Below, piece after piece: positions 27,463 to 37,500 of a DNA stretch of 50,988 nt (positions are counted from its first letter, which is position 1; each line of letters opens with the position of its first letter). The position numbers and the translations under genes are program-made. Source of the stretch: a virus. Lineage: Duplodnaviria; Caudoviricetes. The stretch is from the IMG/VR virus record IMGVR_UViG_3300023442_000003, positions 1 through 50,988 of that record; one strand, written 5' to 3'. Below the pieces are notes generated by a model that did not search any database, had not been told where the DNA came from, and worked only from the letters and a program-made list of their open reading frames with translations.

Positions 27463-28128
27463 ATGATGATGACCAAGCTTACGCATTCCTATTCCGCGCT
27501 GGCGATGTACGAGAATTGCCCGAAGCGGTATTTCCACCAGCGGGTGGAGAAGTCCGTGCGCGACAGCGGCAGCCCCGCGACGGCCTACGGCGAGCGGGTG
27601 CATAAGGCATTGGAGCTGCGGTTGAACGGCGAAGCCCCGGATATGACTGACGAGACCAAGCAGTACGCTGCCCTGTGCGATGCGCTGGAGCGCAAGGCCG
27701 CCGGCGGCGTGCTGACGGTCGAGGAAGAAATGACGCTGAATGCCAAGCTGGAGCCGACGGGCTGGTGGGATGCCGATGCGTGGATGCGCTCAAAGATAGA
27801 CGTGTTGATACGCAAGGGTGATCGGGCATGGGTGCTGGACTGGAAAACCGGGAAGCGCCGTGTGAACCCGGCGCAGCTCGAACTGTTCGCGTTGCAGACG
27901 TTCCTGCACTACCCCGAGATCGACAAGCTCACGGCGACGTTTATATGGCTCAAGGTCGGCAAGTCGGACAGCCGGGATTACGAGCGTCGGTACCTACCGG
28001 GGTTGACCGCCAGCATGTTGTCCAAGGTACAACGCGTTGAACGGTCCTTGGCCGAGGACGAATGGCCTGCGCGCCCAAGTGGCCTGTGCGGGTGGTGCCC
28101 GTGCAAGGATATGTGCGAATTTAGTTGA
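27463..28128 (+). CDS. PD-(D/E)XK Cas4/RecB-like exonuclease
   Basis: SYS....Y..CP, G..VH, ID...DWKTG, QL..FA and a C-terminal C.WCP....C Fe-S cysteine pattern. Confidence 0.87.
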   Translation: MMMTKLTHSYSALAMYENCPKRYFHQRVEKSVRDSGSPATAYGERVHKALELRLNGEAPDMTDETKQYAALCDALERKAAGGVLTVEEEMTLNAKLEPTGWWDADAWMRSKIDVLIRKGDRAWVLDWKTGKRRVNPAQLELFALQTFLHYPEIDKLTATFIWLKVGKSDSRDYERRYLPGLTASMLSKVQRVERSLAEDEWPARPSGLCGWCPCKDMCEFS

Positions 28129-28154
28129 CAAACTATACAGTGGAGTGTACACCC

Positions 28155-28469
28155 ATGGCAACGACCCCCGAGGGCCGCATCAAACGGAAGCTGGATACGA
28201 TGCTCAAGCAGGAAAAAGTCTGGTACTACAGCCCGCAGGCCGGGCCGTTTGGGCACGCTGGCATACCTGACCGGGTGGCCATCGTTTGTGGCAGGTTCGT
28301 GGGCATTGAGTGCAAGGCCGATGCGAAGAAGCCGCTGCGCCCGCTGCAAGTTGTCACGCGGGATGCCATTTGCGCGGCTGGCGGGGTGTGGTTCCGCGTC
28401 CATGACGACGACACAGTGGCTTCGGTGCGGCAGTTCATCGCGGAGGCGCGCGCCCATGCTCGTCGTTAA
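28155..28469 (+). CDS. VRR-NUC nuclease
   Basis: PE..IK, GIPD, F.GIECKA and LQ motifs. Confidence 0.87.
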   Translation: MATTPEGRIKRKLDTMLKQEKVWYYSPQAGPFGHAGIPDRVAIVCGRFVGIECKADAKKPLRPLQVVTRDAICAAGGVWFRVHDDDTVASVRQFIAEARAHARR

Positions 28470-30015
28470 GCCTACGCAGACGCTGGTCATGCGCCCTGCG
28501 GTCCCGGAGCAGGTTCTCAGGGTGGTGTCATCTGCCAAGCGCCTGCGGTACCGGGACAAGGGGTTGGTGGCTGTGCCCCACCAGATGCGCGAAGTCTGCG
28601 CTCTGCGCAGCATCGGCCTGCGAGCGCCGTCTCCGATCCGGTATTACTACGATTGGCCGGGCGGGTTTGCCCCTTATGCGCACCAAGAGGCAACAGCGGC
28701 ATTCCTGACGCTGCACCGACGGTGCTTGGTACTCAACGACATTGGCACGGGCAAGAGCTTGAGCGCGCTATGGGCGGCGGACTACCTCATGCGGGAGGGG
28801 CTGGTCAGGAAGGTTCTTATCCTGTCTCCGCTGTCCACGCTGGAGCGCGTGTGGGGGGACAGCGTATTCATGCACTTCTTCCACCGCCGGCATGTTGTGC
28901 TTTACGGCTCGGCGGAGCGGCGCAAGCGCCTGCTGAAAACCAATGCCGATTTCTATATCATCAACCACGACGGGTTCAACATCATCAGCGATGACATTGA
29001 CGAGCAATTCGACTTGGTAATTGTCGATGAGGCAGCGGTATACCGCAACGCTTCCACCAACCGGTACCGTGCCTTCAACAAGTGGCGCCGGAAGCACCCG
29101 GAAACGCGGCTATGGTTGATGACCGGTACGCCGACACCCAACGCGCCGACGGATGCGTGGGCCTTGGCCAAGCTCGTAGACAGCGCCAATGTGCCACGCA
29201 CGTTCAGTGCTTTCCGCGACCACGTCATGTTCAAGCGCGGGCAGTGGGCATGGGAGCCGCGCGCAGACAGCAGCGAAGTTGTCAAGCACGTACTCCAGCC
29301 GTCGATCCGCTTCACGCGGGATGAATGCGGTGATCTGCCCGATACGATCACGCAGACGCGGGTTGCGCCCCTGACAGCAGAGCAGGAGAAGCACTATGGG
29401 ACGATGCTCAAGACGTTCATCGCCGAGACAGCGGGCCAAGGGCGGATAACAGCGGTCAACGAGGCAGTGAAACTGCAAAAGCTGGTGCAGATTGCGTGCG
29501 GTGTGGCCTACACCGATACTGGCGAAGAGTTTGCACTGGACTGCGCGCCGCGTGTCAGTGCCGTGAAAGAAGTTATCGCCGAAGCCGGGGAGAAGATCAT
29601 CATATTCGTGCCGCTGACAGGTACGCTGCACATGCTTGAGCGAGAACTGTCGAAGCACTGGACAACCGCCGTGGTGAATGGCGCTGTGCCACGCACACAG
29701 CGGGATGAAATATTCCGGGCGTTCCAAGACGACACCGACCCTCACGTGCTGATCGCGCACCCGGCGACGATGGCACATGGGCTTACGCTTACATCGGCAT
29801 CCACCATCATCTGGTATGGCCCGATCACCAGCAACGAGCAGTACGTTCAGGCGAACGGGCGGGTCGAGCGTATCGGGAAGCGGCACGTCAGCAACGTGGT
29901 GCATATCGAAGGTACGAAGTTGGAACGTAAAATGTACCACAGGCTGGCCAACAAGCAGAAGCTGCAGGGGCTGCTGCTGGAGCTGGTCCAGAAAGCGACG
30001 GAGGACGGCGCATGA
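28456..30015 (+). CDS. SNF2-like SF2 helicase
   Basis: PY.HQ, GTGKS, IVDEA, MTGTP, HGLTL and QA..R..RIG motifs. Confidence 0.9.
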   Translation: MLVVKPTQTLVMRPAVPEQVLRVVSSAKRLRYRDKGLVAVPHQMREVCALRSIGLRAPSPIRYYYDWPGGFAPYAHQEATAAFLTLHRRCLVLNDIGTGKSLSALWAADYLMREGLVRKVLILSPLSTLERVWGDSVFMHFFHRRHVVLYGSAERRKRLLKTNADFYIINHDGFNIISDDIDEQFDLVIVDEAAVYRNASTNRYRAFNKWRRKHPETRLWLMTGTPTPNAPTDAWALAKLVDSANVPRTFSAFRDHVMFKRGQWAWEPRADSSEVVKHVLQPSIRFTRDECGDLPDTITQTRVAPLTAEQEKHYGTMLKTFIAETAGQGRITAVNEAVKLQKLVQIACGVAYTDTGEEFALDCAPRVSAVKEVIAEAGEKIIIFVPLTGTLHMLERELSKHWTTAVVNGAVPRTQRDEIFRAFQDDTDPHVLIAHPATMAHGLTLTSASTIIWYGPITSNEQYVQANGRVERIGKRHVSNVVHIEGTKLERKMYHRLANKQKLQGLLLELVQKATEDGA

Positions 30016-30407
30016 CCATGAAAGTGGACGATATTATCCGCAGCTACGTTGCCTTGCGGCAGCGTAAAGCCGATCTGGAGGCAAAGGTGAAGGAGGAAGT
30101 GGCCGACATCAGGGTGATGCTCGGCAAGCTGGAGGGCTGGATACAGGCCCGTGCCGAACAAGAGGGTGTGACCTCGTTCAAGACTCCGCACGGCACGGCG
30201 TTCCTCACCACTACGGACTACGCGCAGGTGGCCGACTGGGATGCTACACTGGCCTTCATCAAGGATACTGAAAATTTCCATATGCTGGACAAGCGCGTGA
30301 GCAAGGTTGCAGTGCGTGAGTATATGGAAGAGACTGGCGAAGTCCCGCCGGGCGTGACGTATGGCACGCGCTTGGGCGTCAACGTCCGCAAACCGACGAA
30401 AATCTGA
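30012..30407 (+). CDS. Conserved phage hypothetical protein
   Basis: S.KT..GT, V.DWD and VPPGV pattern; ATGA-coupled to the helicase. Confidence 0.7.
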   Translation: MTMKVDDIIRSYVALRQRKADLEAKVKEEVADIRVMLGKLEGWIQARAEQEGVTSFKTPHGTAFLTTTDYAQVADWDATLAFIKDTENFHMLDKRVSKVAVREYMEETGEVPPGVTYGTRLGVNVRKPTKI

Positions 30408-30425
30408 TTGCACAGGAGCAACAAC

Positions 30426-31421
30426 ATGAACGACATGGTTCCCACTCTTACCGAGGTTCCCGAACACCTCGCCAAATACATTGGGCAGACATCCGCGTTG
30501 TCCGAGAGCATCGCTGCCGGGTTGTCCTCGGGCACGAGCCACCCGAGGATTTCCCTCAAGGGGAGTCGGTTCCGCATTGTCGAGGACGGCGCGGAGACGG
30601 TTATCGACGCCACTTATCTGGAGGTCATCATCGTCGGCGCCAACCCCCGGCTGTCCAAGATGTATTACGACAAGCCATGGGATCCTGACGCTGAAGCAGA
30701 GGCGCCCACCTGTTCGTCCCTTGACGGTGTATCCCCGGATACCGGCGTGGAAGACCCGCAGAGCGACTTGTGCGCAACCTGCCCGCACAACGCTTGGGGG
30801 TCGAAGACGACCCCCGCCGGCACGAAGATCAAGGCTTGCCCGGACCAGAAGCGGCTGGCTGTCGTCGCAGCCAATAACCCCAGCGGGCCGGTGTACCTGT
30901 TGGTGGTGACGCCTGCGGCGCTCAAAGGGCTGAACGCCTACCAGAAGACGCTGGACATGCGGAAAATCCCGGCGGAGATCGTGCGCACGCGCATCTCGTT
31001 CGACACCAGTGCATCCTACCCGCTGCTTACGTTCGCGGTGGCCGGGTTTATCGACGAAGATACGCAGGAAGAGGTCGAGAAGCACTTCGGGTCGGACGAG
31101 GTTCTGGAGATCACCGGCGAGGCCGTGCCAGCGAAGGCTGAGCCGGAGCCGGAGCCGAAGCCAAAGCCGCGCAAAGCGGCTGTGCGGGCCAAGCCGGAGC
31201 CGGAGCCCGAGCCGGAATCCGAGCCTGAGCCGGAGCCCGAGCCTGAGCCGAGTGCAGCGGCACAGGCTTTCGGCGCTGCGCCCGCCAAGGAGAAACCCAA
31301 AGCGGCGAAGCCCAAAGCCACGCGGGCACGGGCAAAGCCCAAGGCTGACCCGGTGGAAGTGGACGACATGGACGACCTCGTGGCAGAGATCGAGGCGCTC
31401 GTGGGTGGCGACGATGGCTGA
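30426..31421 (+). CDS. Putative ssDNA-binding protein (Zn-binding, acidic tail)
   Basis: PTC.S.DG..P...C..CP.N.WGS...KAC motif, a PE/PK linker and an acidic C-terminus; AGGAG RBS. Confidence 0.65.
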   Translation: MNDMVPTLTEVPEHLAKYIGQTSALSESIAAGLSSGTSHPRISLKGSRFRIVEDGAETVIDATYLEVIIVGANPRLSKMYYDKPWDPDAEAEAPTCSSLDGVSPDTGVEDPQSDLCATCPHNAWGSKTTPAGTKIKACPDQKRLAVVAANNPSGPVYLLVVTPAALKGLNAYQKTLDMRKIPAEIVRTRISFDTSASYPLLTFAVAGFIDEDTQEEVEKHFGSDEVLEITGEAVPAKAEPEPEPKPKPRKAAVRAKPEPEPEPESEPEPEPEPEPSAAAQAFGAAPAKEKPKAAKPKATRARAKPKADPVEVDDMDDLVAEIEALVGGDDG

Positions 31422-31701
31422 CCTGCGCGAGATCGACTTCGAGCGGCTGGAGCTTGTACGGGAAGCCGCTCGGCTTACCATCCGGGACTTCGCCGACTTC
31501 CTCGGCGTTACGCGCGCGGCGTACTACAAGTGGTTGAACGGCGGCCCCATCAGGGCCGCCAACACTGCGAAAATCCAAGAAGCCCTGCGTGACCTGCTCC
31601 CCCTCATCAAAGAGGGGGCGTGGCCCCCGAAGCGCGTGCGTGGGGTGAGCGGCGGTGACCTGTATCGGCAACTGCTTGAGCTGCTGGAGTCACGGGTGTA
31701 G
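31414..31701 (+). CDS. XRE-type helix-turn-helix protein
   Basis: R....LT..DFADFLGVTRAAYYKWLNG. Confidence 0.78.
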   Translation: MADLREIDFERLELVREAARLTIRDFADFLGVTRAAYYKWLNGGPIRAANTAKIQEALRDLLPLIKEGAWPPKRVRGVSGGDLYRQLLELLESRV

Positions 31702-31730
31702 CTTCCACAACGCAACGGAGGCTGCATTCC

Positions 31731-34571
31731 ATGGATACGGCGGATTTTCTGCGGCGGGTTCTCCCAGACGAGGGCCTGTATTGTGCGTTCACCATCAGAG
31801 GCAAAGCGAAGTACAACAAGTTCTACGGCACTACCGACGCTCTGGCTGAGGCGGTTATCGCCACTGACGCGGCAGGGAACAGCGCTTACTACGCCATCGC
31901 GGCATTCAAGACCATGGAGAGCCGGTGCACAGACAACGCCCGTGCGATACGGGTGCTGGCTTTCGACGTAGACTGCGGCGAAGGCAAACCCTACCCCTCG
32001 TGGCGGGAGGGCCTCCGGGCACTCGGGGCTTTCGTCGCCAAGCTGCGACTGCCCAAGCCGTTGATCGTACATTCGGGCAATGGGCTGCACGTTTACTGGG
32101 TACTGGACCGGGCGTTGACGGTACCGGAGTGGCTGCCATTGGCCCGTGCACTGAAAAGCGCCGCTGCTACCACGGGGTTCGATACGGACGCCGGGCCCAC
32201 GGCAAACGCGGCGCTGGTGCTGCGCCCGACCGGGACACACAACGCCAAGAACGGGAACACGGTGCGCGTGCTGCTGGACGCGGCGCCCACTACAGCGGAG
32301 ATCATGGCCAACAGGCTGGGTACCTGCACCCAAGCCCCGTCGCAGCGGGCATCCGGCAATTTGCTCAGCGCCTTGGCAGTGCAGTACAACTACCCCCCAG
32401 CGGACCCGGCAGAGGTAGTTCGCAAATGCGCGCAGGTGCGCACTGCGGTAGAGGATCAGGGGGATGTCTCCGAGCCGGTGTGGTACGCCCTACTCGGGGT
32501 CGCGGCCTACTGCGAGGACTCGGACGCCACCGCCCGCGCGTGGAGCCGCAACCACCCCGGCTACAGCGCGACAGAGACCGCGCGCAAATTGCGGCATTGG
32601 CAGGGCAGCACTACCGGCCCGGCGACGTGTGCCAAGTTCAAGGCGGAAAACCCGAAGGGTTGCAAGGGCTGCGCCTACGCCGGGGAGATAGGCACGCCCG
32701 CACAGCTCGGCGTGCAGTTCGATGAAGTCGATACTGCGGCTGACGCGCCCGAGGCGGCCAATGCGCAGGTGGAGATACCACGCCCCTTCAAACGCACGGC
32801 AGATGGCATCGTGGTATCGCTGGACGGGACAGATGTCCCTATATGCGGGTTCGACCTGTACCCCGTCGGCTATGGGTTCGACGACGCCAGACAATATGAA
32901 ACCGTGCGCTATATGTGGGACAGACCGCATGTCGGGTGGAAGCCCCTCATGCTGCGGCAGGCATTGCTGGTGGATGGCGCGTACCGCGATTTCGCCGAGG
33001 CTATCGCGGATCAGGGGATAATCCTAGAAACGCGCAAACAAACGGAGTTCTTTCAGGTCATGCTCAGATCGTACATGGCGGAGTTGCGGCGGTCGCAGAC
33101 AGTCACGAACACCCATTCGAACATGGGGTGGAAGGGGGGGTTCACGTCGTTTGCCCTCGGGGCCGATCTGTACCGCAGAACCGAGGGCGGTACAGTGGAG
33201 CATACCCTGTTGCCACTTACCTCCAGCGTCCAGCGCGCCGGCGCAACCATGTTCATCACCAAGGGGTCACTGGATACATGGCGCGCGGGTGTATCGGCGC
33301 TGGCAAAAGCCGACCTGCTGGCGATGCAATACTCGCTGGGGACAGGGCTGGCATCTGTGCTGTTCGAGTTCACGGGGCTGAAAGGTGTGACCATATCCTT
33401 CCACGGTCCCACGGGTAGCGGAAAAACACTGGCGCAGCTTATTCAGCAGTCCTTGTGGGGCGACCCCGAGCAGATACATTTCCAATCCAAATTCACACAG
33501 AACGTATTGTTCAACAGGTTCGGGATGCACGGCAACCTCCCCATGACCATCGACGAAGCTACCATCATGTCGCACAAGGACGTTGGGGACTATCTGTACT
33601 GGGTCAGCCAAGGGCGGGACAAGGCCCGGCTGGACCGCAACATCGTGGAACGCGCCCCGAGAGTATGGGCGCTCACGTCCACCCTGTCTACGAATACACC
33701 GGTAGCCAGCAAGATCGTGAGCAGCAGGCATGAGTCGGACGCGCAGCTGGCGCGCTTGCTTGAGCTGCGGGTAGACGTCCCTGCGGTACTGGCCAAGAAC
33801 ACCGAAGTGGGGCGGAAGATATATCGGCTGTTTACCACGAACTACGGGCTGGCGGGGCGCGAGTTTGTGCAGCATCTGTTAATGGCCGGCGAGGGCAAGA
33901 TACGCCGACTGATCGAGCGGGCCGAACCCGCCTTTCGCAAGCGGTACAAGATAAAGTTCACGGGCAACGAGCGGTACTGGGAGCAGGCGCTGGTGCTCAC
34001 GGACTTGGCCCTGCGGCTGGCGCGCGATTACGGCATACTCGACATTGACCCGGCACCGTGCATCCAGTGGGCTGTTGCGCAGGTGGCAGACATGCGTACT
34101 GAGGTGAAGAACCAGACGATGGACGACTTCGATCTCCTTGCCGAGTACCTCAATGAACACCTGTCAAGCACAATACGTGTGTTCTACATAGGAAAGCGCG
34201 CACCGGTGATCGACTTCGGAGACCTGCCACGAGGCAGCGTGCATGTGCGGATAGAAGTTCGTCGGGATACTGCCGACGACGATCCCCACGGGATAATGTA
34301 CATAGACCGCACGCACTTCCGTCGGTGGATGGCGACAAATGGCGGCAGTTACTCGGCATTGCGGAAAGCCCTGCAAGCTGCCAGAGCGGACTTCACCCCG
34401 GCACATGGGAAACTCACGCTGGGTCGGCACACGCCGCTGTCGTTGCCACAGCAGTATGTTCTTGGTGTTGGGTTGCATCACCCCCGGCTTGCAGGCGTTC
34501 TTGCGGACGTGGCGGCGGGGCGCAAACAAGGGGACCACAACGTGGTTCGGCTCAATACCCCAAAAGCGTAG
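31731..34571 (+). CDS. Primase-helicase (AEP/RepB-like primase, PriCT-like, DUF927 helicase)
   Basis: FDVD, SGNGLHVYW and LRP.GT.N primase motifs; CxxF..CxxC; Walker A GPTGSGKT; P.TIDE; G..K.R. Confidence 0.88.
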   Translation: MDTADFLRRVLPDEGLYCAFTIRGKAKYNKFYGTTDALAEAVIATDAAGNSAYYAIAAFKTMESRCTDNARAIRVLAFDVDCGEGKPYPSWREGLRALGAFVAKLRLPKPLIVHSGNGLHVYWVLDRALTVPEWLPLARALKSAAATTGFDTDAGPTANAALVLRPTGTHNAKNGNTVRVLLDAAPTTAEIMANRLGTCTQAPSQRASGNLLSALAVQYNYPPADPAEVVRKCAQVRTAVEDQGDVSEPVWYALLGVAAYCEDSDATARAWSRNHPGYSATETARKLRHWQGSTTGPATCAKFKAENPKGCKGCAYAGEIGTPAQLGVQFDEVDTAADAPEAANAQVEIPRPFKRTADGIVVSLDGTDVPICGFDLYPVGYGFDDARQYETVRYMWDRPHVGWKPLMLRQALLVDGAYRDFAEAIADQGIILETRKQTEFFQVMLRSYMAELRRSQTVTNTHSNMGWKGGFTSFALGADLYRRTEGGTVEHTLLPLTSSVQRAGATMFITKGSLDTWRAGVSALAKADLLAMQYSLGTGLASVLFEFTGLKGVTISFHGPTGSGKTLAQLIQQSLWGDPEQIHFQSKFTQNVLFNRFGMHGNLPMTIDEATIMSHKDVGDYLYWVSQGRDKARLDRNIVERAPRVWALTSTLSTNTPVASKIVSSRHESDAQLARLLELRVDVPAVLAKNTEVGRKIYRLFTTNYGLAGREFVQHLLMAGEGKIRRLIERAEPAFRKRYKIKFTGNERYWEQALVLTDLALRLARDYGILDIDPAPCIQWAVAQVADMRTEVKNQTMDDFDLLAEYLNEHLSSTIRVFYIGKRAPVIDFGDLPRGSVHVRIEVRRDTADDDPHGIMYIDRTHFRRWMATNGGSYSALRKALQAARADFTPAHGKLTLGRHTPLSLPQQYVLGVGLHHPRLAGVLADVAAGRKQGDHNVVRLNTPKA

Positions 34572-37500
34572 CAGCGCGCTCATATTGCGCGCGGGTGGAC
34601 TTCGGCGAGTATTTCAGTGTGCGAGCAGATACAGTCTGCTTGGCGGCGCGGACCCGGGCGGCGGCGTTTTTCTGGAAGTTGCGCACTTCCAGCCCGGTAC
34701 CTCGGGCTTCCTTGTTCCATGCGTGCACCTCACGCACGATGCGCACCATTGCGGCGGTGTCTCCACGCAACGAGGCTTGCACATAGGCGTTGTAGAATGT
34801 CGCGGCAGTGTCCCGCTGGTAGTTGGACAGGCGCTGAGCTACGCGGATAACTCCGTACTGCTGCGCGGCGGCACTGGGGTAGAACCCAAGTGCCCGTGCC
34901 ATGATGACCGCCGCGCTGGCATCCTGTGTGACATGATACCCGCGCTTATCCACAACAGCGCCGGTCTCGTGGTAAGCGTAGGCATCGGCCCATGCCCGCA
35001 CCATGGTGACAGGGGACTTGCGCGCCGCCGTCAAAAGAGACGCCGGGCGTTGTGTCAGGCCAACCGCATGGGCGGCCCACTGCGCGGCTTCCGTACCGCT
35101 GGTCAGGAGGCCGGCAATAGCACCAGCGGCGGGGCCAGCAACTGCAAGCCCTTCACGCCACGTATCCGCGTTTGGCAGGAACATGCCCGTACCGGGGAAC
35201 ATGTCCCCAAGGGACGTGCGCGCGCCGAAGTCTCCGGGCAGGACCGTGTTTATCGCGCCGCTTGTAAGGATCGACGACCACCCCGGCACTACGCTGTCCA
35301 TCGCCTCGGCGATCTTGAGGCGGATACTTGGCGTCTTGAGGCCGAGCCGCGCAGCAAGCGTATCCACTACGTCCTCCATATCCTGCGCGAAGGGCAGACC
35401 TGCGACCCCGGACAATCCGAGCATCCCGCCGAGGAAGATGAGTTGCGATTTTCGTGGCAGGTTACGCAGCAGATGTACCGTCATGGTCGGGTATATCTTG
35501 TACATGTACATGAATTGCTGCACGCCGCCGCGCCACAGCGCGGGCCGGTTGGACACGGCGTACTCACCGAGCGTGTCCTCCACGGTGGTGACAGCGAACT
35601 TGCGCGCCCGCGCCATGGCAATATCCATGGGCTGCCCGGCCTGTCGTGCGCGGTCAAACTGCAAGCGGTATGACGCCAGCAGGACCGCGCGCCGGGAAGC
35701 CTGCTCTGTGCGGTTGAACGGGAGCAGCCAGAAATCCAGAAATTTCTGCAAGGCTACGTTGGTCATACGCCCGCGCGCAGAAGCAATAAGGGCGTTCGAC
35801 AGGGCCGGGATGGCTATGCCTTCTTCGATCTCATGGGCGAGGAACAGCGCTTCGTCCGCAGTCAGGTCTGCCTTCTTCAAACCGGCGCTATCTTCGGCCA
35901 GCGCGAAGTAGTACCGCGCCGTGTTTGCCTTGGCGTTTACCATGCCGACAGTGCCAACAGTGCGCATGGCCCTGAACAGGGCAGTGATGGTCGGACCATA
36001 GTTGAAGCCCCCGCCGAAAGCGCGGGCCCCGTTGTAGGACGCCAGATACGGCACCGTGTTCGTTATGACGGATACGACGTTGAGAGACCCCGTGGCAATG
36101 GAGCCGCCGAGTTGGGCGGCGCTTGCGGCTCCGCGCACTGCTGATGCCACCGCACCGCTGCCAAAATCCGATTCGTCGAGGTTGCGCTGGCTCTCCATGA
36201 AGGCGAGTGACCGCGCTGCTTCGGCGTAGTACCGCTGGGCCATGCTGACGCCACCCGTGCCGGGCCGGGCAGTGCGTTTCTGCTGGAACTGGTACGTGCG
36301 CAGGGCGCGCTTGGCTTCGACACGCGCAGACTCACTGGCGTTCGGGTCGGCAGACAACGCGGCGTGCGAGGCTTTCAAGCGACCGAGCAGCTCCGTGTCG
36401 TTGGCGTTCCACAGCCGCCGCGAGGCAGACAGGCTCATATTCATGAGCTGGTCAAGGTCGGGCCGGATGATTGTCTTGGCGATGGTGGCCGCACGCGACT
36501 CGATGTGCCCCGATATGGCCTTGGCCGCATTTGGGCTGGCCCCCGGCTGGAAAGCACGCATGAGTCGGTTTCTGGCCCGGCTGTTCTGCCGGGTCATCGT
36601 GATGACAAGCTCTTCCATCTTCTTCGGCGGGATGGGGATACTGAAACGGCGCAAGCCGATCAGGAACTCATTCAGGTTAAGCTGCGGCGGTGCGGCTTCC
36701 AGTGTTACCGCATGGTCCGCCACGGCCTTGATATGCACATCGCGCACGCGGTACCCTCGCATGTCACCGTCCCACACGGCTACTTGGTACGTGTTGTCCG
36801 TGCCACCGAATACCTCGTTGATCTTGTCGCGCAAGGTGGCCGCTTCTCCCACAGTGTCCACCTGATGGTAGGAGAGTTGCTGCGAGAAGGAGTCCTTCAT
36901 GCGCAGTTCTTTCCCTGTTGCGGGGTCGATAGCTACCATGCGCACCTGTATGCGCCCCTCACGCAGCACCGGCACGTAGCCGGTTGCAATGGACTGCTCT
37001 GTTCTCTGGCTGCCGTCGTTTCGGGAAATCTCCGAGACCGCCAACTCTTTCATCTTGTTCTGTATGACGAACTTCTGATCTTCTGACGGATGGAACCGTG
37101 TTTTGAACTGTTCGATATTGGCGGCTACTTCGTCCGCGCGTTTGCCTGTAAACCACCCCTTCACCTTGGCGTTACGGTCTGACCCTCTGGTAGCAATCAG
37201 TGCCGCGTTGAGGTCTGCGAGGAACTGGTTGGCCCGGTCCAGCGCGGCAGTGTCCACGATGATTTGCCCATCCGAGGCAACCTGTGATCCAGCGTTGTAC
37301 AGATCACGGTATACGGAGTTCATGTCGAGCAGGAATGCACGGTCCTCTGGCGTCATGGCGCCGCCCATGGCATCGTTTATTTCGAGCAGTTGCGTGTCGG
37401 TCACTTTCAGGTGCGCGATATACTTGGCACGCAGCAGGTCCATCTCTACCTTGTCCATCTGCTCACGGGCGCGCTTGTAGAACTTCCACTCCAAGCTCTT

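Noticed and set aside
27463-28128. Cas4-like nuclease as part of a CRISPR or array acquisition system
   Set aside because: It sits in the usual phage replication cluster (PolA, VRR-NUC, SNF2), more than 20 kb from the array; no evidence of linkage.
31135-31250. GAGCCG tandem repeats
   Set aside because: They encode an ordinary Pro-Glu linker in the SSB-like protein.
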